From an uncultured Ferrovum sp. (GTDB lineage: Bacteria > Pseudomonadota > Gammaproteobacteria > Burkholderiales > Ferrovaceae), in contig CAIPBT010000149.1 of assembly GCA_903863375.1 (NCBI GenBank), positions 4,766-68,765 of the forward strand: a stretch of 64,000 nucleotides of DNA, in the 5' to 3' direction. Under the pieces are notes generated by a model that was not told the origin of the DNA, searched no databases, and worked only from the letters and a program-made list of their open reading frames with translations. Numbering within the stretch: position 1 is the first letter of the stretch; each line of letters begins with the position of its first letter. Below, one piece after another: positions 57,790 through 64,000 of this stretch. The translations under genes were made by a program, and so were the position numbers.

Positions 57790-60113
57790 GCACGACCAGC
57801 GTGCCGGTAGGTGACATGTTCCAGGGCGACGGGCAGGGCGGGGGCAGCCTGCCGCTCGCGCCGTTTGTCGAACGCAGCTATCTGGAATATGCGATGAGCG
57901 TGGTCACCGGGCGCGCGTTGCCGGATGTGGCCGATGGCCAGAAACCCGTGCAGCGCCGCATCCTGTTTGCCATGCATGAACTGGGCCTGTACCGGCCGGC
58001 CCGCCACGTCAAGTCAGCCCGGGTGGTGGGTGACGTGATCGGCAAATACCATCCGCACGGTGATTCGGCGGCCTATGAGGCCCTGGTGCGACAGGCGCAG
58101 GACTTCACCCTGCGCTATCCGATCATTGACGGCCAGGGCAACTTCGGGTCGCGCGACGGCGACGGTGCCGCGGCCATGCGCTACACCGAATGCCGCCTGA
58201 CCCCGATCGCCGAGCTGCTGCTGAGTGAAATCGACCGCGACACCGTCGATTTCGGGCCCAACTATGATGGCTCCTTCCAGGAACCCCGGCTGTTGCCCGC
58301 GCGCCTGCCGATGGTGCTGTTGAATGGGGCCTCTGGTATCGGGGTCGGCATGGCGACCGAAATTCCGCCGCACAACCTGCGCGAGGTCGCCGCCGCCACG
58401 GTGGCATTGCTGAAAAACCCGGAGCTGGATCTGGACGGGCTGCTGGCCTTGCTGCCCGGGCCTGACCTGCCCGGCGGTGGCCAGATCATCTCGGCTCCCG
58501 AAGATATCCGGCAGGCCTACGCGACCGGTCGCAGCAGCCTGAAGGTGCGCGCGCGCTGGCGCATCGAAGACCAGGCACGCGGCCAGTGGCGGGTGGTGTT
58601 CACCGAACTGCCGCACGGCGTGTCCACGCGCGATGTGCTCGAAGACATCGAGCGGGTCACCAATCCGAAGCCGAAGGAAGGCAAGAAGGCGCTCACGCCT
58701 GATCAGGCCAACCTGAAGGCGCTGATGCTGACCGCGCTGGAGACCGTGCGCGACGAGTCGGACAAGAATGCCTCGGTGCGGCTGGTCTGTGAGCCTCGCT
58801 CCAGCCGCCAGGATCCCGATGAGTTTGTCGCCCTGTTGCTTGCCAACACCCGGCTCGAATCGAACCTGCCGATCAATCTGGTGATGCTGGGGCGCGATGG
58901 TCGGCCCCGCCAGAAGCATCTGCGCGAGATCCTGCAGGAGTGGATCGAATTCCGGCTCACCACGGTCACCCGGCGCACGCGCCACCGACTCGGCGAAGTC
59001 GACCGACGGGTCCATATCCTGGAAGGGCGGGCATTGGCCCTGCTCAACATCGACGAGGTGATCCGGGTGATCCGCGAGGCTGAGGATCCAAAGGTCGAAC
59101 TGATCGCGGCATTCGGCCTGACCGAAATCCAGGCCGAGGACATCCTCGAGATCCGTCTGCGGCAACTGGCGCGCCTGGAAGCCATCAAGATTGAAAAGGA
59201 GCTGAAGGAACTGCGCAGCGAGCGCAAGGGCCTGCAGCGCATCCTGGACAGTCGCAGTGCCCTAGAGGCACTGGTGGTGGGCGAAATCGAAAAGGATGCT
59301 GAACAGTTCGGTGACGAGCGGCGGACGTTGATCGAAGCCGTGGCGCCGGCCACCCTGCAGGTGCAGTCGGCGCCAGACGAACCGGTCACCATCACGCTCT
59401 CGCGTAACGGCTGGGTGCGTTCGCGGCAGGGTCATGGTCTGGATGCCAGCCAGTTTTCCTACAAGGCCGGCGACAGTGCCTTCGCCGTGCTGGAGACGCG
59501 TACCTTGCTGTCGGTGGTACTGCTCGACAGCCTGGGGCGAGCCTACAGCATCCGTGCGGCCGACATTCCTGGCGGTCGGGGTGACGGCGTGCCCGTCGGC
59601 ACGTTGATCGAACTGCAGGGCGGGGCCCGTATTGCGCACGCCTTGTCCGGATTGCCGGAGCACCGTCTGCTGGTGGCGGGCACGGGCGGCTATGGTTTCA
59701 TCACTACCTTGGGCGACATGGTGTCGCGGGTGCGTGCCGGCAAGGCCTTCATGACCCTTGAGGCCGGTGAACAGCCGTTGCCACCGCGGCTTGTGCAGCC
59801 GGGCGACGTCGAGCTCGCGGCCCTCAGCGAGGGCGGACGGCTGCTGGTCTTTCCGCTGGAGGAAATGAAGGAGATGCCGCGCGGCCGCGGAGTGATCCTG
59901 ATGGGACTGGAAGCTGCCGAGACGCTGCTGGACATCTGTCTGTTGGGGGCCGGCGGCCTGCTGGTGGAAGGGCCGGCCCGGGGCGGTGCCCTGGCGCAGG
60001 TCAGCCTGAGCGGTGCCGAACTGGAGCGCTATCGCCTGCATCGGGCGCGCAAGGGCAGCCGGCTGGAAACCCGGGTCAAGCCACGCAGCCTGATGCGTCG
60101 GGTATCGCCATGA
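57786..60113 (+). CDS. parC: DNA topoisomerase IV subunit A
   Basis: ATGA overlap with par[64 protein letters not shown]. Confidence 0.88.
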   Translation: MSTTSVPVGDMFQGDGQGGGSLPLAPFVERSYLEYAMSVVTGRALPDVADGQKPVQRRILFAMHELGLYRPARHVKSARVVGDVIGKYHPHGDSAAYEALVRQAQDFTLRYPIIDGQGNFGSRDGDGAAAMRYTECRLTPIAELLLSEIDRDTVDFGPNYDGSFQEPRLLPARLPMVLLNGASGIGVGMATEIPPHNLREVAAATVALLKNPELDLDGLLALLPGPDLPGGGQIISAPEDIRQAYATGRSSLKVRARWRIEDQARGQWRVVFTELPHGVSTRDVLEDIERVTNPKPKEGKKALTPDQANLKALMLTALETVRDESDKNASVRLVCEPRSSRQDPDEFVALLLANTRLESNLPINLVMLGRDGRPRQKHLREILQEWIEFRLTTVTRRTRHRLGEVDRRVHILEGRALALLNIDEVIRVIREAEDPKVELIAAFGLTEIQAEDILEIRLRQLARLEAIKIEKELKELRSERKGLQRILDSRSALEALVVGEIEKDAEQFGDERRTLIEAVAPATLQVQSAPDEPVTITLSRNGWVRSRQGHGLDASQFSYKAGDSAFAVLETRTLLSVVLLDSLGRAYSIRAADIPGGRGDGVPVGTLIELQGGARIAHALSGLPEHRLLVAGTGGYGFITTLGDMVSRVRAGKAFMTLEAGEQPLPPRLVQPGDVELAALSEGGRLLVFPLEEMKEMPRGRGVILMGLEAAETLLDICLLGAGGLLVEGPARGGALAQVSLSGAELERYRLHRARKGSRLETRVKPRSLMRRVSP

Positions 60114-60769
60114 GCCAGCAGCATGTCACCACAACGGCAGACACCACGCTGGAGCTGCGCGGTCTGGCCTGCGTGCGCGGCGAGCGCCGGTTGTTCGCCG
60201 GCCTCCAGGCCACCGTGGTGGGAGGGGAACTGATGCGGGTACGCGGCGACAACGGCGCAGGTAAAACCAGCCTGCTGCGCCTGATCGCCGGGCTGGCCGA
60301 ACCGGCACTGGGGCAGGTGTTGTGGGCAGGCGAGGACAGCCGGCGCGTGCGCGAGCCATTTCAGCGTGCACTGGTCTATCTGGGCCATGCCAGCGGCATC
60401 AAGGACGAACTCGATCCGGTCGAGAACTTGCTGGCGGCCAGTGCGCTGGCCGATGAAGGCCTGTCACGTGAGGCTGCCTGCGATGCCCTCCGGGCGATGG
60501 GCCTGGGCGAGCGGCTGGCCCTTGAGTGCAAGGTGCTGAGTGCCGGCCAACGCCGCCGGGTGGCCCTGGCGCGCCTGCTGCTCACCCGGCGGCGCCTCTG
60601 GCTGCTGGATGAACCGTTCAACGCGCTTGATCCGCAAGCCGTCCAGCACCTCGCCGGCGCGATTGGACGCCATCTGGCCGCTGGCGGCATCTGCCTCTAC
60701 ACCACGCACCAGGCCGTCGACATACCGGCAGACAAGGCGCGCGATCTTTTCCTGGGGGGACGCGCATGA
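60110..60769 (+). CDS. ccmA: Haem exporter ATP-binding protein CcmA
   Basis: ATGA overlap with par[54 protein letters not shown]. Confidence 0.88.
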   Translation: MSQQHVTTTADTTLELRGLACVRGERRLFAGLQATVVGGELMRVRGDNGAGKTSLLRLIAGLAEPALGQVLWAGEDSRRVREPFQRALVYLGHASGIKDELDPVENLLAASALADEGLSREAACDALRAMGLGERLALECKVLSAGQRRRVALARLLLTRRRLWLLDEPFNALDPQAVQHLAGAIGRHLAAGGICLYTTHQAVDIPADKARDLFLGGRA

Positions 60770-61431
60770 GCATGTTTCAGGCGCTGTTGCGGCGGGATCT
60801 GCTGCTGGTCTACCGGCGACGTGCCGATGCCATCACCGTGCTGGTGTTTTTCAGCATCGTCGTGAGCCTGTTTCCCCTGGGGGTCGGGGCCGATCCCACC
60901 CTGCTGCGCCCGATCGGAGCGGGTGTGGTCTGGGTGGCCGCGCTGCTGTCATCATTGCTTTCGCTGCAGCGTCTCTTTGCCGCCGATCACGCCGACGGTA
61001 CCCTCGAACAGATCCTGCTCAGTCCGCAGCCCCTGCCACTGGCCGTGCTTGCCAAGGTGCTCGCGCACTGGATCGCCACCGGCATCCCGCTGGCACTGGT
61101 GGCGCCTCTGCTGGGGATGCAGTTCGGCCTGACCGGTGATGCCCTGTTGGTGCTGACCGGTGGTGTGCTGCTTGGCACACCGATCCTGAGCCTGGTGGGG
61201 GCGGTCGGTGCGGCGCTGACCCTGGGTCTTCGCGGCGGCAACCTGCTGGTGGCCCTGCTGATCCTGCCACTGAACATTCCGGTGCTGATCCTGGGTGCCG
61301 GGGCTGTGGATGCGACCCAATCCGGATTGGGGGCCGAAGCGCACTTGTCACTGCTGGCGGCCCTGCTGATTGCCACCCTGCTGGGCACACCGTTTGCGGT
61401 TGCCGCAGCCCTGCGCATCTCGCTGGATTAG
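60766..61431 (+). CDS. ccmB: Haem exporter membrane protein CcmB
   Basis: ATGA overlap with ccmA. RRDLLLVYRR...FPLGVG...LF..D..DGTLEQILLSP. Confidence 0.88.
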   Translation: MSMFQALLRRDLLLVYRRRADAITVLVFFSIVVSLFPLGVGADPTLLRPIGAGVVWVAALLSSLLSLQRLFAADHADGTLEQILLSPQPLPLAVLAKVLAHWIATGIPLALVAPLLGMQFGLTGDALLVLTGGVLLGTPILSLVGAVGAALTLGLRGGNLLVALLILPLNIPVLILGAGAVDATQSGLGAEAHLSLLAALLIATLLGTPFAVAAALRISLD

Positions 61432-61463
61432 AATGTCAACTCATTAACGTAGCAAGGAATTGT

Positions 61464-62207
61464 ATGGCGAAGATCAACTGGTTCAAGTACGCCGCACCAG
61501 CCACCTTCTATCCGCTGGCCGGTCGCCTGTATCCCTGGTTTTACGGTCTCGCTCTGGTGCTCGGCGTGATCGGCCTGTACATCGGCTTTTTCGTGGCGCC
61601 AACCGATTTTCAGCAGGGGGAGGCCTACCGCATCATTTTCATCCATGTGCCGGCGGCCTGGATGTCGATGTTCCTGTATTTGGTGATGGCCGGCTATGCT
61701 GGCATCGGCCTTGTGTTCAATACCCGACTGTCGTCGATGATGGCGCGTGCCATCGCGCCGACTGGCGCGCTGTTCACGTTCCTGGCCCTGTGGACCGGAT
61801 CGATGTGGGGTCGCCCGATGTGGGGTACCTATTGGGTCTGGGATGCCCGGCTGACGTCAGAACTGATCCTGCTGTTCCTGTACATCGGCTTCATGGCCTT
61901 GCAGGCTGCAATCGACGATCCCCGGCGGGGTGATCGTGCCGGCGGGGTTCTGGCGCTGGTGGGGGCCATCAACGTGCCGATCATCTATTTTTCCGTCAAA
62001 TGGTGGAACACCCTGCATCAGGGCTCCAGCATCAACCTGACCAAGGCACCGTCGATGGCGGCGATCATGCTGTGGGGCATGCTGGTAATGGCCCTGTGTT
62101 TCTGGATGTACAGCATCGCCGTCATCCTGAGCCGGGTGCAGTGCGTGATCGCCGAACGCGAAAAACGGGCAGCTTGGCTGCAGGAGCTGGCCAGCGAGGT
62201 GTCCTGA
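61464..62207 (+). CDS. ccmC: Haem exporter / haem lyase-associated protein CcmC
   Basis: IIFIHVPAAW and the WWD motif WGRPMWGTYWVWDARLTS. Confidence 0.9.
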   Translation: MAKINWFKYAAPATFYPLAGRLYPWFYGLALVLGVIGLYIGFFVAPTDFQQGEAYRIIFIHVPAAWMSMFLYLVMAGYAGIGLVFNTRLSSMMARAIAPTGALFTFLALWTGSMWGRPMWGTYWVWDARLTSELILLFLYIGFMALQAAIDDPRRGDRAGGVLALVGAINVPIIYFSVKWWNTLHQGSSINLTKAPSMAAIMLWGMLVMALCFWMYSIAVILSRVQCVIAEREKRAAWLQELASEVS

Positions 62208-62222
62208 CAGCACAGGCGAAGG

Positions 62223-63563
62223 TCAGTCCTCGACCTCGCCGTGCTTGGTGGCAAAGTTGATGCCGATTTCTTTCAACACCGGCGTCGGCAGGATGCCACC
62301 CGCACAGATGATGATGGCATCGTTCTTGAGTTGCTCGATGCCGGCGGTGGTTTCGAAGAGCAGGTGGTCCTTGTGGATTTCCAGCACCTTGGATTTCAGT
62401 TCCACCCGCACGCGCCCGGCTTCTTGCTGGGCTTTCAGGCGCTGCCGGTTTTTCTCCTTCACCCGGCTGAACGCCTCGCTGCGGTAAGACAGCGTAACGG
62501 TGGTGCCTTCTTCCTCGGAGAGCGCGATGGCAGCTTCGAGCGCGCTGTCCCCGCCGCCCACCACTGTCACGTGCTGGCCCGTGTACTGGGCAGCATCGAT
62601 CAGCCGGTACATCACCTTTGACTGGTCTTCGCCCGGTACATCGAGTTTGCGAGGTGTGCCACTGCGGCCGATGGTCAGAAGTACCTGGGCTGTCTTGATG
62701 GGGCCCTGGCTGCTCTGCACGATGAACCCCCCATCCGGATCGGCCTCGATCTTTTCCATCCTGGTCCGGAACTGGATTCGCAGCCCCGTCTTGCCGACCA
62801 CCTCCTGCCAGTATTCCAGCAGACGCTCTTTCTGGACTTCCTTGAACTGCATCTTGCCGATCAGCGGCAGGGTGACCGGGGCAGTCATGGCGATCTTGTT
62901 CCGGGGATAGTGGAACACCGCGCCCCCCAGGCTGCTTTCCTGCTCCAGCAGCACGTAGTCCAGCTTCTTCTCGTGCGCCGCGAGGCCGGCCCCGATTCCG
63001 GCCGGACCACAACCCACGATGACCACGTCGCGTTGACCCGCGCGCGGCTTGATCTTCCTGCCAGCAATGTTCTGCATGGCCTGCTTGCCCTGTTCCGCCG
63101 CCTTGCGGATCAGGCCCATGCCGCCCAATTCCCCAGCAATGAAGATGCCCGGAACATTGGTTTCGAACTCGGGCGTCAACTGTGGAATGTCAATACCGCG
63201 CTTTTCCGTGCCGAATACCAGTTTCAGCGCGTCGACCGGACAGGCTGGCAGGCACGCGCCGTGACCGATGCAGTGAGCCGGGTTGATCAGTTTGGCCTTG
63301 CCACCGATGATGCCGATGGCACCCTCGGGACAGGCGGTGACGCAGGCTGCCGCGCAGATGCAACCCTCCAGGTTGATCACTGGATGGAGTGATGGCGGTT
63401 CGACCATGCCTGCCTCAACGGCCTCCTGCCAACCCTGTTCCGCCGCGCGCTCCCGCTTCTTGCGGCCGCGCAGATAGATTCCATAGGTCAGGCCAGCCGG
63501 CACTGCATAGATCAGAAAGCCATAGACGGATTCAAGGGTGGAGCTGGTTTCAGGGACGGCCAT
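62223..63563 (-). CDS. Membrane-anchored 2x[4Fe-4S] ferredoxin domain fused to an FAD/NAD(P)-dependent (thioredoxin-reductase-like) oxidoreductase
   Basis: N-terminal TM segment (FLIYAVPAGLTYGIYL). Two cluster motifs, CICAAACVTACP and CIGHGACLPACP. Dinucleotide folds VVIVGCGPAGIGAG and VTVVGGGDSALEAA. Confidence 0.75.
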   Translation of the reverse strand: MAVPETSSTLESVYGFLIYAVPAGLTYGIYLRGRKKRERAAEQGWQEAVEAGMVEPPSLHPVINLEGCICAAACVTACPEGAIGIIGGKAKLINPAHCIGHGACLPACPVDALKLVFGTEKRGIDIPQLTPEFETNVPGIFIAGELGGMGLIRKAAEQGKQAMQNIAGRKIKPRAGQRDVVIVGCGPAGIGAGLAAHEKKLDYVLLEQESSLGGAVFHYPRNKIAMTAPVTLPLIGKMQFKEVQKERLLEYWQEVVGKTGLRIQFRTRMEKIEADPDGGFIVQSSQGPIKTAQVLLTIGRSGTPRKLDVPGEDQSKVMYRLIDAAQYTGQHVTVVGGGDSALEAAIALSEEEGTTVTLSYRSEAFSRVKEKNRQRLKAQQEAGRVRVELKSKVLEIHKDHLLFETTAGIEQLKNDAIIICAGGILPTPVLKEIGINFATKHGEVED

Positions 63564-63652
63564 AGGGTTCCGGGGGAATCGGGAGACAGGATTTGCAGGG
63601 TGCCGAATGGCGGGAAGATAATGCCTCTGACCAATTCGCGCAAGGAATTTTC

Positions 63653-63666
63653 TTGAGAAAAATCAT
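63653..63666. promoter_or_regulatory. FNR/Anr-type box
   Basis: TTGAG-aaaa-ATCAT scores 8/10 against TTGAT-N4-ATCAA. It is centred about 96 nt upstream of the 62223..63563 start, in an AT-rich spacer. Confidence 0.35.
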
Positions 63667-63698
63667 CGCATTCCGTTGATTCGTTAAGACTTTAATCA

Positions 63699-63727
63699 TT
63701 GACAGGGGATTTTTTCCCACGTAACAT
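63699..63727 (+). promoter_or_regulatory. Sigma70-type promoter candidate
   Basis: TTGACA-N17-TAACAT has a perfect -35, exact 17-bp spacing and 4/6 in the -10. It points toward the ORF starting at 63844. Confidence 0.4.
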
Positions 63728-63843
63728 TCGCCTCATGTTGCCACAAATTTTGACGTTATCCTGCCAGCAGGCGGGTGTGTACGCCGACGGACCAAGACCT
63801 GCGTGTGGGAAAACTCCTTTCAAATACAAGTGGATTGAGCGAA

Positions 63844-64000
63844 ATGGCTGATTTGACCCTAGGAGCAGGCAAGACCGCGACGGCCGGTAATGGTCAGGTA
63901 GGCAGACGGGTGTCGCGCAGCACGCGTGACATGATGGTCGGCCTGTCACAGTTCGCGTTGGTTGGTGTCGCGTTTGCCATCACGCGCATCTGGAAGTTCA
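63844..64000 (+). CDS. 5' end of an unidentified (membrane?) protein, truncated by the window
   Basis: Open frame MADLTLGAGKTATAGNGQVGRRVSRSTRDMMVGLSQFALVGVAFAITRIWKF. SD is weak. The start could instead be the ATG-ATG at 63931. GC3 is about 70%. Confidence 0.3.
   Translation, partial: MADLTLGAGKTATAGNGQVGRRVSRSTRDMMVGLSQFALVGVAFAITRIWKF

Noticed and set aside
63692-63949. 85-aa minus-strand ORF
   Set aside because: It spans the AT-rich promoter region, lacks an SD, and overlaps the better-supported plus-strand ORF start and the sigma70-like promoter.

Overview
This is a high-GC (about 65% by eye), gene-dense chromosomal segment with Betaproteobacteria-like gene content. I call about 56 protein-coding genes and found no rRNA, tRNA, CRISPR array, transposase, integrase or phage gene. 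Gene order, left to right: (1) a stress-type cluster of an OmpA-like barrel, a glycine-zipper stress protein, a PAS-GGDEF cyclase, two BON proteins and a Crp/Fnr regulator; (2) an asparaginase-II-family gene and a LysE exporter; (3) a YeiH-family transporter with a small Cys-rich ORF; (4) a 988-aa secreted beta-propeller/phosphoesterase fusion with a divergent DUF3016 gene; (5) rlmJ; (6) a PQQ-type sugar dehydrogenase with a dihaem cytochrome c; (7) a 12.7-kb minus-strand block nirB-nirD-narK-(PP2C/Ser-Thr kinase)-nasA, continuing into TonB receptor-DUF1415-porin, where the porin is broken by an amber codon; (8) ogt; (9) a C-P lyase phosphonate locus, DUF1045 divergent from phnGHIJ-GNAT-KLM-CDE; (10) cysE; (11) kdpFABCDE; (12) cysDN; (13) a ferredoxin reductase; (14) an orphan aceE; (15) parE-parC-ccmA-ccmB-ccmC; (16) a ferredoxin/flavoprotein fusion. 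All functional calls rest on my reading of the supplied translations against remembered family motifs, because no database search was possible. I found no clear-cut new multi-gene system. The most interesting items are small. They are an unannotated 30-codon hydrophobic ORF coupled to kdpF, and a decayed APS-kinase domain on CysN. A third is an in-frame (PPDL)n repeat tail on KdpD. A fourth is chain-coupling of parEC to a ccmABC module that lacks ccmD-H. The remaining two are face-to-face Pho boxes in the phn control region and a sigma54 promoter plus leader terminator upstream of nirB. Many long ORFs in the track are antisense artefacts of the high GC content and were rejected.
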